A DNA stretch of 47,601 nt from a virus: the IMG/VR virus record IMGVR_UViG_3300025326_000063; one strand, 5' to 3'. Positions 20,965 through 29,145 of this stretch are shown here, piece after piece. The notes under the pieces were generated by a model that saw nothing but the letters and a program-made list of their open reading frames with translations, did not search any database and had not been told where the DNA came from. The first letter of the stretch is position 1, and each line of letters opens with the position of its first letter. The position numbers and the translations under genes were made by a program.

Positions 20965-20998
20965 GGGGGGCTGGGGCGACTCAGTCCCCCAATTTTTT
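20965..20998 (+). terminator. Rho-independent terminator after the capsid genes
   Basis: GGGGGGCTG-GGGCGACT-CAGTCCCCC (9-bp stem with one G.U pair) followed by AATTTTTT. Confidence 0.6.
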
Positions 20999-21012
20999 CC
21001 AGGGGGAACAAA

Positions 21013-21564
21013 ATGAAGCTCAACATTCACAGTTGGGACAGAAGGGACTTTATCGGCATTATTCTAAGGTGCACGAAAGCCGAACGGGGCGCCGAGATAG
21101 GGGTCTTTACGGGCGAAATATCCGAACTACTACTCAGGGGTATGCCCGGCCTGAAGATGCGCCTTATCGACCCGTACAGGCAATTTCCCAAAGAGGTCTA
21201 TGACGATATAGCCAACGACGACCAGGACGTTCAAGATGCCCGTTACGAGTACGTCTGCAAATTGTTCGCAAAAAATAAAAATGTCGAGATTTTGCGCTTG
21301 ACGAGCGAGGAGGCCGCCCCGAAAATACCCGATGAAAGTCTGGACTTCGCCTATATCGACGCGAACCATTCTTATCAGTTTGTGAAAAGGGACATTGAAC
21401 TATGGTGGCCTAAGGTGAAGCAGCACGGCATATTAGCGGGGCACGACTATCTTATTCCCGCCGTAGCCAACGCGGTAGTCAACTCAAATCTCTCCGAGGA
21501 AATCCACTGGCTTATGACGGCGGATATTTGGATGGTCGGAAAGGGTAAAGATGTTTTTACGTGA
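21013..21564 (+). CDS. Class I SAM-dependent methyltransferase (Methyltransf_24 / TylF-like)
   Basis: EIGVFTGE is motif I. DFAYIDANHSY and ILAGHDY follow. ATG 21013 after AGGGGGA. Confidence 0.7.
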   Translation: MKLNIHSWDRRDFIGIILRCTKAERGAEIGVFTGEISELLLRGMPGLKMRLIDPYRQFPKEVYDDIANDDQDVQDARYEYVCKLFAKNKNVEILRLTSEEAAPKIPDESLDFAYIDANHSYQFVKRDIELWWPKVKQHGILAGHDYLIPAVANAVVNSNLSEEIHWLMTADIWMVGKGKDVFT

Positions 21565-21574
21565 AAGGGGAATA

Positions 21575-21754
21575 ATGATGATAGATGATGAAAAATGGCC
21601 GCCGGGTAAAATCATAATAAGTGGGGGTAAGGTGTTTGACCGGTGTGCAAACTGTGGCAAAATCGTTCAGGTGAACAAGGGGATATTCGGTTCTTTTCAT
21701 CTTTGCGTTCCACAAGAAGAACGAGAAAATAATCGAAAGGGGAATAAATGCTAA
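21575..21754 (+). CDS. Small zinc-ribbon hypothetical protein
   Basis: CANCGK...HLC. The start is either 21551 or 21575. Confidence 0.4.
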   Translation: MMIDDEKWPPGKIIISGGKVFDRCANCGKIVQVNKGIFGSFHLCVPQEERENNRKGNKC

Positions 21755-21935
21755 TCAGGCGGTATCAGGAAGAGCATCCGGAGAAAAATGCCGAATGGCG
21801 GAAGCGGTATCGAGAAAAGCATTGAGAAGAGATACGAAAGAGAAGCTGGGCGCGATATGCACTTTGGCGAAAAGATAATTCTAAAAAGCCGAAACAGCGG
21901 GGTAATTACTAATTATTTGAAAGGGGAACTTGATA

Positions 21936-23315
21936 ATGCTACAAAAAATCTCTATTTTAACCAATTTACCCTCGCGCGATAAATCGACGGATGAGTATCT
22001 TGGTGAGGAGTTGCGCGATTTAGGCTATGAGGTGAACGTAACCGACTTCCTGCCCAAGAACCGGGAGCATATTCTGATTTACAAGCCGGATCTGGTCGTT
22101 TTGCCGGAGCCGCGATGCGAATATACCGTCGATTTTATCGAGACGATTCGTGCTTGGGGCATTAAGGTTGTCGTCAAGCGCTGCGAGGGCGGCACGGCGC
22201 GCGAAGCCTGGGACTTAATGGAGGAATCCGAACGAAAGACGGTAATGGGCACGTGGCCTTACTACTGCGACCTTGAAATAGTCTGGTCTAAAGACTTCGC
22301 GAATCTTGTCGCCGAGCACGGGCACACCCCGAAAGAGAAACTGTTCGTGGCGGGCGCACTGCCGTTTGACCCGTACTTTTACAATAAGTATCCTCAGCCG
22401 TCGCCGAATAGAAAGATACTGCTCTTTGCGCCCGGCTGGGGGCACGCGGACCGCAGCAGGAACTATAACGTACCCGAAGCCGACCCAGGCAGTCCCATCC
22501 ACTCAGATGCTTTCGACCGGCACAACGAGGGGCGGACTAAATGGATTAAGATGATCCGCGAGGTCGGTAAGGTCTTGGAAAAAGAAGGTTGGGCAACTTT
22601 TATTCGTCCTAAGGTGGGTGAGATTCCGAGGGCCTATCAGGACGCGGTGGGCAAGTATTGCCGCCTTGCCCCGCCTAGTATTACTGAGAATGCCTTGTGG
22701 AATACGGACGTACTAATTCACGCGGGCAGTACAATGGCTATCGAGGCTCATCTGTGCGGAATACCGGCGTTCAGCTATTGCGGCGAGATAAACCAGGTCA
22801 AGGGCTATCAATTCCCTAAGGTCTCGCCTGAGTTGGAGACTATCGACGAGATAATCGACGCGGTGAGAACCGTCCAACTCTACCGTTCCAATGCAAATGA
22901 TAAGGCGATTAGAAAGTTGGAGCAGGATTTCTATGGCACAATAGACGGCCACGCCTGTAAAAGGGCGGCTAAGGCAATTTCGATGATACCGTTGGGCAAA
23001 TTGAAAGTGCCCTTCGCCTGGCCGCCGCCTAAACTGGATGGTGCCTACTATATCCCAAACGTCTGGCGGTTCATTATGCAATGGCAGTGCGAATGCTGCA
23101 AGAACACGAGCTTTTCGCCTCCGGGCGCAATTGAAAGTGGCAGCGGCGTTATCTCAGTAGCGTCGTCGGCGACAATGGAGGCTGGCAACGCGGAGATGAT
23201 AAAGTGCCCCTGGTGCGGCATTGCATTAGCGAGGCGCTATCCCGACGAGTACATAATCAAAAAAGGCCCGCCGGTAATACCGGATAGGTTGCTTCTTGTA
23301 CAGGGTGGAGTATGA
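21936..23315 (+). CDS. GT-B-fold-like glycosyl/phospho-sugar transferase (TagF/capsule-synthesis-like) with a C-terminal zinc ribbon
   Basis: KILLFAPGWGH resembles the ILYAPTWR motif of the Glyphos_transf family. DVLIHAGSTMAIEAHLCGIPAF is a GT-B C-domain-like segment. C-terminus has CECC...CPWC. Confidence 0.45.
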   Translation: MLQKISILTNLPSRDKSTDEYLGEELRDLGYEVNVTDFLPKNREHILIYKPDLVVLPEPRCEYTVDFIETIRAWGIKVVVKRCEGGTAREAWDLMEESERKTVMGTWPYYCDLEIVWSKDFANLVAEHGHTPKEKLFVAGALPFDPYFYNKYPQPSPNRKILLFAPGWGHADRSRNYNVPEADPGSPIHSDAFDRHNEGRTKWIKMIREVGKVLEKEGWATFIRPKVGEIPRAYQDAVGKYCRLAPPSITENALWNTDVLIHAGSTMAIEAHLCGIPAFSYCGEINQVKGYQFPKVSPELETIDEIIDAVRTVQLYRSNANDKAIRKLEQDFYGTIDGHACKRAAKAISMIPLGKLKVPFAWPPPKLDGAYYIPNVWRFIMQWQCECCKNTSFSPPGAIESGSGVISVASSATMEAGNAEMIKCPWCGIALARRYPDEYIIKKGPPVIPDRLLLVQGGV

Positions 23316-23318
23316 CGA

Positions 23319-24464
23319 ATGGAGCCGGAAGATATACGATGGTGTAGTAAATGCTGGACGCCGAGCACCCGCCCGCGCATAACCTTTAACGAGAAGGGCG
23401 TATGTAACGCCTGCGCATGGTCTGAGGAGAAGAAGGCAATCAACTGGCTTGAGCGGGAGAATTACTTTGCAACGCTCTGCGATAAGTACCGGCGAAAGGG
23501 CGAGCCGGACTGTATAGTGCCCTGGTCGGGCGGTAAGGACAGCATTTACGTAGCCTATAAGATGCGGGACGAGTTCGGGATGACCCCGCTCTTAGTAACC
23601 GTTCTGCCTCACCTTGAAACGGAGATCGGAGAATGGAACAGGAAGAATACTTGTCCAGGTTTCGAGAAGATGGAAATAAACCTTAAAGAGGACAAGTACA
23701 GGTCTCTGGCGAAGAAATACTTTATCGAACAGGGCCGTCCTAAGCATCCCTGGGAGACTGCCGTATCCGCCGTGGTAATCAATCAGGCTTGGAAGATGAA
23801 GATTCCATTCATTATTTACGGTGAAGAGGGCGAGCAGGAATACGGCGGTTCGAGTGGAGAAAAAGACAGGTGGAAACATCCAGTCGATAAAAAGTACCTA
23901 ACGGAATTCTACTGGCAGCACAAGCTCGACTGGGAAATCCCGCCGGACAACGAGTTAGAGAAGATATTCTTTACTCAATACAGTCGGTTCGAGAATTGGA
24001 GTCCGACGAAGCACGCTGATTTTGCAATAGCGAAGGGAATGAGAACGAAACCCGTGCGCAGCGTGGGTACGTTTAGTTGTTGGTCGCAAATTTCAGACTG
24101 GCTACAGGGGTTGCATACTTATTTAATGCTGCTCAAATTTGGTTTTGGGCGGTGTACTTCCGATATTTCGATAGCCATCCGCGAAGGATGGAAATCGCGG
24201 AGTGAAGGTTTGGAATTGATTGAGGCATACGATGGGGAATTCGATAACGAACATCTTAATAATTTTCTCGAGTATTTCGAGATGGATAAGAGAGAATTCG
24301 ATGAGACGTTGGCGAAGTACGCCGGTGGAGAGTTATTGGAGCGGGCGGGAGCGTTCGGTTCGGATACGGGGCACATCTGGTATTTGCAGGCTTGGGTCGC
24401 CAAGCTGCGCCGCAGGGACACTAAGAACGAATTAACCAGCCCGGAAAGGTTTGACGTGAGGTGA
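23319..24464 (+). CDS. N-acetyl-sugar amidotransferase (WbpG/PseA family, PP-loop ATPase)
   Basis: CSKCWTPSTRPRITFNEKGVCNAC zinc finger. CIVPWSGGKDSIYVA is the SGGxDS PP-loop. GMTPLLVT follows. Confidence 0.8.
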   Translation: MEPEDIRWCSKCWTPSTRPRITFNEKGVCNACAWSEEKKAINWLERENYFATLCDKYRRKGEPDCIVPWSGGKDSIYVAYKMRDEFGMTPLLVTVLPHLETEIGEWNRKNTCPGFEKMEINLKEDKYRSLAKKYFIEQGRPKHPWETAVSAVVINQAWKMKIPFIIYGEEGEQEYGGSSGEKDRWKHPVDKKYLTEFYWQHKLDWEIPPDNELEKIFFTQYSRFENWSPTKHADFAIAKGMRTKPVRSVGTFSCWSQISDWLQGLHTYLMLLKFGFGRCTSDISIAIREGWKSRSEGLELIEAYDGEFDNEHLNNFLEYFEMDKREFDETLAKYAGGELLERAGAFGSDTGHIWYLQAWVAKLRRRDTKNELTSPERFDVR

Positions 24465-24467
24465 AAA

Positions 24468-25127
24468 ATGAAAATGATGACGACGGCGGCAGTTGTGGAA
24501 CGGCTCAAAAAAACAAAAAACGTTGCTCGAATTGACGTCCGGTTTTTGCGCCTGCATAAATTGTATCGTCCCGTTACGTTCGGGTTGGCTTTAAGGGGAT
24601 TTCCGGAGTTGCAACTCCCTCATTACGCGGTGCACCAATGGGACTATGACATGGCCCGTTTCAACGTTTTTGAGCTAGGAATAAGGTCGTACACCAGACG
24701 TCTTAGGGATTGCCCTCATTGTGGAACGCTTTATTATGATACGGCGGCAAAAGACTATGACGTTCGGTTTGCGAATAACGTGAAAACGTGGCCTAATGAA
24801 ATACGCGAGATGTTAGAGTTGTCCATAAGTAATAAAACTCAGGTATCTAAGTACGGCGGAACTAATGGCCCATCGTGGACCATTAGATTGTGCCTTAAAA
24901 CAATTATACCAGAGATTGTTCAGGAAACGCTTTTGACGCTTGAACGGAAGAAGTATCCGTTTGTTGCCGTAGTTCAAGAAGCAGATTGGGCGGAAGCTAG
25001 AGTGGAGTTACGCGGTGATCCGTTATTGGTGGCCATGGATACGGAAGGCAATTTTTGGCTTTTGGCTGCTTTCCACTTATCGAATGGAGAACATTACGTT
25101 GCCTCAGAATTTACCGGAAAGGTTTGA
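24468..25127 (+). CDS. Hypothetical protein inside the glycan island
   Basis: 219-aa ORF, tightly packed between the amidotransferase and the radical-SAM gene. No motif recognised. Confidence 0.55.
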   Translation: MKMMTTAAVVERLKKTKNVARIDVRFLRLHKLYRPVTFGLALRGFPELQLPHYAVHQWDYDMARFNVFELGIRSYTRRLRDCPHCGTLYYDTAAKDYDVRFANNVKTWPNEIREMLELSISNKTQVSKYGGTNGPSWTIRLCLKTIIPEIVQETLLTLERKKYPFVAVVQEADWAEARVELRGDPLLVAMDTEGNFWLLAAFHLSNGEHYVASEFTGKV

Positions 25128-25133
25128 TGTAAG

Positions 25134-26045
25134 ATGAGAATGCCCATCGAAGCGTCGTGTATTCAAATCATTGTGAATAACGTCTGCGAGCACGATTGTT
25201 GCCACTGCTCACAGCTTATCGGCCATCAGGGTAATCATTACCAAATGACGCTGGACTATTGTGAGCAAGCGCTTGTTTCCTTGCAAGGCCATCCAGGGAG
25301 CGTCGGCTTCTTCGGGGGCAATTCGTTACTGCATCCGCAATTTCCCGAATTGTGCGAATTGCTGCGCAAGTATCGGCCAGTAAAGGCCCGCAGGGAACTA
25401 TGGTGCAGTGGAGCGAACTACGACAAATACAAAGAGATAATTGATGAGACTTTCTATCCTGAATTGGTGGCCTACAATGATCACAAAGACGGCCAGGACT
25501 GCTGGCATCAGCCGGTGTTGATAGCGCCTAATGAGGTTTTTGAAGATAAGGAATTGATGTGGCGGGTGATAGACAATTGCTGGGTGAACCTTAGATGGTC
25601 TGCCGCCGTTACTCCGCTTGGCGCCTTTTTCTGCGAGATAGCCTCGGCGATAGCGTGGCTGCTGAAAGAGAGTATTGGCATACCCGTTAAGCCGGGCTGG
25701 TGGCGGGAAGAGGAAAGTGATTGGTACTTTCAGCGAGGAACTATTTGCCCCTTATGCTCCGCCTGCCTGCCTATGCCGATGGTGGCCAACGATAAACAGG
25801 ACTACGACGATATATCGGCGGGTAACTTGGATAGGATTATCGGTGTTTCGCCGAGATGTATTAAGGGTAAGTACAAGATTTTCAATACGGACAATCTTAG
25901 GGACTATTACAAGGGCCACACCTTCGAGCCGGAGACCGAATTCGAGAAGCGGGGCTGGTTCAAAGACTTTCCATTTTGGAAACCGAACAGATATAGAAAT
26001 GTGGTGCGCCATTCGCCCGATGATAAAGACAATTCCAAAGACTAA
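25134..26045 (+). CDS. Radical-SAM-like protein
   Basis: NNVCEHDCCHC matches CX3CX2C. FFGGNSLLHP resembles GGEPLLHP. Confidence 0.55.
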   Translation: MRMPIEASCIQIIVNNVCEHDCCHCSQLIGHQGNHYQMTLDYCEQALVSLQGHPGSVGFFGGNSLLHPQFPELCELLRKYRPVKARRELWCSGANYDKYKEIIDETFYPELVAYNDHKDGQDCWHQPVLIAPNEVFEDKELMWRVIDNCWVNLRWSAAVTPLGAFFCEIASAIAWLLKESIGIPVKPGWWREEESDWYFQRGTICPLCSACLPMPMVANDKQDYDDISAGNLDRIIGVSPRCIKGKYKIFNTDNLRDYYKGHTFEPETEFEKRGWFKDFPFWKPNRYRNVVRHSPDDKDNSKD

Positions 26046-26202
26046 GATATGTAAGGGATGTTACAGAAATTTACCTTTACAAAAGTTTTCTAAGCAAAAG
26101 AGTGGAAAGTATGGGTATCACTCTCGGTGTAAGGAATGTATAAGTGAAGAAAACTGCATATATAAACAGAGACCAGAGGTAAGAGAAAGAATAGAGAGGT
26201 AG
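26020..26202 (+). CDS. Stand-alone zinc-ribbon module homologous to the N-termini of the Endo VII/HNH genes (homing-endonuclease remnant?)
   Basis: MIKTIPKTKICKGCYRNLPLQKFSKQKSGKYGYHSRCKECISEEN. This is the last 60 codons of track ORF 25675-26202. Confidence 0.5.
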   Translation: MIKTIPKTKICKGCYRNLPLQKFSKQKSGKYGYHSRCKECISEENCIYKQRPEVRERIER

Positions 26203-26208
26203 TGAAGC

Positions 26209-26394
26209 ATGCGCCGCAAACCGAAACAAAGTGATTCTCGTTTAGCCGCTTACGACGCCGAATTTCGGGCGGCGACGAATATGGCTCTCGATTACTGGTC
26301 GTTCATGGCCGCCCCCGAACAGGTGGATGAGCGACGAAAAGCGATGGAAACAAGAGAGTTGGCGAGGTTAAAAAACTGCTTTGAGACCACATAG
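26209..26394 (+). CDS. Small hypothetical protein, paralog A
   Basis: Ends ...AMETRELARLKNCFETT, sharing a 59-bp identical 3' end with the next ORF. Confidence 0.4.
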   Translation: MRRKPKQSDSRLAAYDAEFRAATNMALDYWSFMAAPEQVDERRKAMETRELARLKNCFETT

Positions 26395-26629
26395 AAAATG
26401 GCCGGACAATGACGTGTAAAGAAACTGCGAAACAATGCTTGGCGGACGCCACATGGCCGCCCCCGAACAGGTTGCCGATGCAAATTTATTACAGGGGCGT
26501 TCCTATCGAGGAATTTGATAAAGAAGACCTTATTAAAATTGTTGCCTTATGCCTGGAGCAATTAAAGTGCATGGAAACAAGAGAGTTGGCGAGGTTAAAA
26601 AACTGCTTTGAGACCACATAGAAAATGGC
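26344..26629 (+). repeat. Pair of 59-bp perfect direct repeats (26344-26402 and 26571-26629), plus a 20-bp repeat
   Basis: ATGGAAACAAGAGAGTTGGCGAGGTTAAAAAACTGCTTTGAGACCACATAGAAAATGGC occurs twice, 227 bp apart. ATGGCCGCCCCCGAACAGGT also occurs twice (about 26304 and 26454). Confidence 0.9.
26409..26621 (+). CDS. Small hypothetical protein, paralog B
   Basis: Ends ...CMETRELARLKNCFETT. Confidence 0.4.
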   Translation: MTCKETAKQCLADATWPPPNRLPMQIYYRGVPIEEFDKEDLIKIVALCLEQLKCMETRELARLKNCFETT

Positions 26630-27507
26630 ATCTTGTAATTCTTGACCGACTAATCACTGCGTTCCTCTTTTGTTGGTACAGTGTTGCGGACAAGGTGCGC
26701 CTGCGCCTTGCCCGCAGGCATTATGAATATCAATACTACCCGGAGAACGCACCGAAACATTTTAAGGCGACTCCGCTTGTCTCTATTATAATGCCCACGA
26801 TAGGACGGAACGCGACTGAGGCGATAGATTCCGTTCTTGCGCAGACTCATAAGAATTGGGAATTGATAATTGTGGGCGACGGCGCGCCACCGTATCCGGC
26901 GTCTAATATCGGCGACGGTAGGATTAAATGGTATTGGATCGAAAAGGTTCGTCACTACCCCGACCATCCGTTTTATCAATGGCTTTCCGGGCCGTGTAGG
27001 GCGATAAACTACGGGCTATCCAGGTTGCGGGGGGATTGGATAGCCCGAATTGACGACGACGATGTCTGGCATCCGAGACATCTTGAATGGGCGCTGGAAG
27101 CGGCGACTAAATATGATTATGAGTTCGTATCGTTTCCCATTGACTTAAATGGCCGACAGCCAATACCGGACGTTCATTGCGGGCAAGCCGTTGGCGCAGT
27201 TCAGTCGTGGCTGTATCGCGGTTATCTGAGATACTTTGAGACGAATCTTCATTGCTGGCGCAAAAGGCGGAACGCGGTGAACGATATAGACCTTTCGGAG
27301 CGAATGGCGCGGGCCGGTGTGAAAATAACGTTTATTTGCGGGTCTGACACGGAGTCGCACGCGATTATTAAGCCGAGACTGGGCCTAACGGAAGTAGGAA
27401 TTAAGGGATGGTTGCAAGAGGGAGAGCAAAATGCGCGGGGGCAAGAGTTTTCTGGCGGTGATACCGGCCAGGGGCGGCAGCAAGGGAATCCCGAACAAGA
27501 ACGTTAA
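26608..27507 (+). CDS. Family-2 glycosyltransferase with a hydrophobic N-terminal segment
   Basis: VSIIMPTIGRN..AIDSVLAQTHKNWELIIVGDG. ARIDDDDVWHPRHLE is the DxD motif. The start is uncertain (TTG 26608 or GTG 26695). Confidence 0.8.
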   Translation: MRPHRKWHLVILDRLITAFLFCWYSVADKVRLRLARRHYEYQYYPENAPKHFKATPLVSIIMPTIGRNATEAIDSVLAQTHKNWELIIVGDGAPPYPASNIGDGRIKWYWIEKVRHYPDHPFYQWLSGPCRAINYGLSRLRGDWIARIDDDDVWHPRHLEWALEAATKYDYEFVSFPIDLNGRQPIPDVHCGQAVGAVQSWLYRGYLRYFETNLHCWRKRRNAVNDIDLSERMARAGVKITFICGSDTESHAIIKPRLGLTEVGIKGWLQEGEQNARGQEFSGGDTGQGRQQGNPEQER

Positions 27508-28204
27508 GGACTTTTGCGGCAAGCCGCTAATTCAGTGGTCTATCGAGGCCGCAAAAGATAGCGGCGTATTCGACCGGATAATAGTCAACAGTGATTCCGA
27601 TAAGATACTGGCCGTGGCCGCTAAGTGCGGCGCGGACGTTCAGCCGCGACCTGCTGAATTGGCTTCGGACACGTCGCTGGTGGCGGACGTTATGGTGAAT
27701 TCACTGCTTAGGCTCGGCGAAAAGTATGATTACGTTCAGTTGATTCAGGCTACGAGTCCTGGGCTAAGACCCGCACAGATACAGGGTGCGGCGAGAATGA
27801 TTCAGGGCCAGCCGCCGTTTGAGAATTGGAAAGATAGAAACGCCGATATGGTTGTCGGGGTTCACAAGTATAAAGACCCGACGATAGTAGTCAAGGAGCT
27901 GCCGAATGATTTATGTTTGAAGGGTTGGTATCCTAAGCAGTTTAAGGACAAGAACAGGCAGGACTTACCGCCCGCGTACCGGATAAACGGGTACATCTAC
28001 CTTGCCAAGTGGGATGTCTGGGTGAACCGCAAAGACTATTGGAAAACGAACGTTTACGCCTATATCTGTGATGAGCACGATGATATTGACATTGATACCA
28101 AATGGGATTGGGACGTTGCCGAGGCCCGATTCCGGGCGGCGGGCAAACATAGACTTTCGAGGTGGGAAATATGCAAAAGATTGCTAAAGAGGCTGGCAAG
28201 TTAA
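27431..28204 (+). CDS. neuA: CMP-nonulosonic acid synthetase (acylneuraminate cytidylyltransferase; NeuA/LegF/PseF family)
   Basis: LAVIPARGGSKGIPNKN...GKPLIQWSIEAA...LIQATSPGLR. Confidence 0.85.
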   Translation: MRGGKSFLAVIPARGGSKGIPNKNVKDFCGKPLIQWSIEAAKDSGVFDRIIVNSDSDKILAVAAKCGADVQPRPAELASDTSLVADVMVNSLLRLGEKYDYVQLIQATSPGLRPAQIQGAARMIQGQPPFENWKDRNADMVVGVHKYKDPTIVVKELPNDLCLKGWYPKQFKDKNRQDLPPAYRINGYIYLAKWDVWVNRKDYWKTNVYAYICDEHDDIDIDTKWDWDVAEARFRAAGKHRLSRWEICKRLLKRLAS

Positions 28205-29145
28205 GCAGTTTTGCCGGCATTTATCGCAAGTGCAATTCCGGCACAATGGCGGACAAGCTGGCGAATCCAATAGACTTCCCTCGCCTGATAGATATTGAAT
28301 TGACTAATCAGTGTAATCTTCATTGTGCTATGTGCCCGACTGGGCAGGGCATAGTCAAGAGGCCGAAAGGATTGATGTCCGCCAATTTGTTTGGGTTGAT
28401 TCTCAAGGAGGCTGCCAAGTACGGTGCGGCTTTGCGGTTTGTTCGGTGGGGGGAGCCATTCATACATCCGCAGTGCCTGGCCTTCTGTAAACTGGCGCGG
28501 CAAGTGAACGTGCCCGTCTGGATAAATACCAACGGGACGCTAATCGACGACGAGGCCATTGACCGGATAATCCACTTGAGATACGGCCCATCGACTATCA
28601 AGTTTTCCTTTCAGGGTGTTACTGCTGAGCAGTACAAAAAGTGGCGAGGAGAGGATAATTTCGAGAAGTTGTTTGAGACTGTCGGTGAAATATACAAAAA
28701 AAGGGGAGCGTTCAGGATGCCGTTCATACAGATAGGGAGTACGATAACCGATGAAAGTACAGCAAATGAAGTGGCGGAGTTTCGGCATTTTGCTGAAAAA
28801 ATCGCCGACAAAGTTGAAATTAGCCGAACAAAGAAAATTGGATTCGACCCTTGCTCGATGGCGGAAAACTGTCCTGAAATCTTTGATAAAATGTCTATCA
28901 ACTGGGACGGGACGGTAGTTGCCTGCTGTGCGGACTATGATAACGAGATGGTGGTCGGTGATTTGGCCAAGAGCAGTCTCAAGAATATCTGGGATTTCGG
29001 CCCGGAGTTAAGGGAAATACGAGCCGATTTAGCGGCTGGCCGGTGGAATAAGTATAGGCTATGCGGAGGGAACTGTTATGATGCGGGGAATAGTAAGGCC
29101 GACGAAGGCCAGGCTAAAGGCGTTTTTCAGTCAAGCGCAAAATGA
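28171..29145 (+). CDS. Radical-SAM enzyme with a SPASM/twitch-like C-terminal Cys cluster
   Basis: ELTNQCNLHCAMCPTG matches CX3CX2C. C-terminus has CPEIF...DGTVVACCADYD...LCGGNC. Confidence 0.75.
   Translation: MQKIAKEAGKLSSFAGIYRKCNSGTMADKLANPIDFPRLIDIELTNQCNLHCAMCPTGQGIVKRPKGLMSANLFGLILKEAAKYGAALRFVRWGEPFIHPQCLAFCKLARQVNVPVWINTNGTLIDDEAIDRIIHLRYGPSTIKFSFQGVTAEQYKKWRGEDNFEKLFETVGEIYKKRGAFRMPFIQIGSTITDESTANEVAEFRHFAEKIADKVEISRTKKIGFDPCSMAENCPEIFDKMSINWDGTVVACCADYDNEMVVGDLAKSSLKNIWDFGPELREIRADLAAGRWNKYRLCGGNCYDAGNSKADEGQAKGVFQSSAK

Noticed and set aside
23319-26045. PP-loop ATPase plus radical-SAM pair interpreted as QueC/QueE 7-deazaguanine DNA-modification genes
   Set aside because: The PP-loop protein is 381 aa, with the N-terminal TRP...F.E.GVC.AC zinc finger typical of WbpG/PseA sugar amidotransferases. 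No QueD, FolE or DpdA/TGT homolog is present. The genes are embedded among Neu-type sugar genes.
25675-26202. 175-aa alternative-frame ORF overlapping the radical-SAM gene
   Set aside because: The first 115 codons overlap the better-supported frame 25134-26045 and read as an Arg/Thr-rich shadow. Only the last 60 codons (from ATG 26020) form a coherent zinc-ribbon protein.
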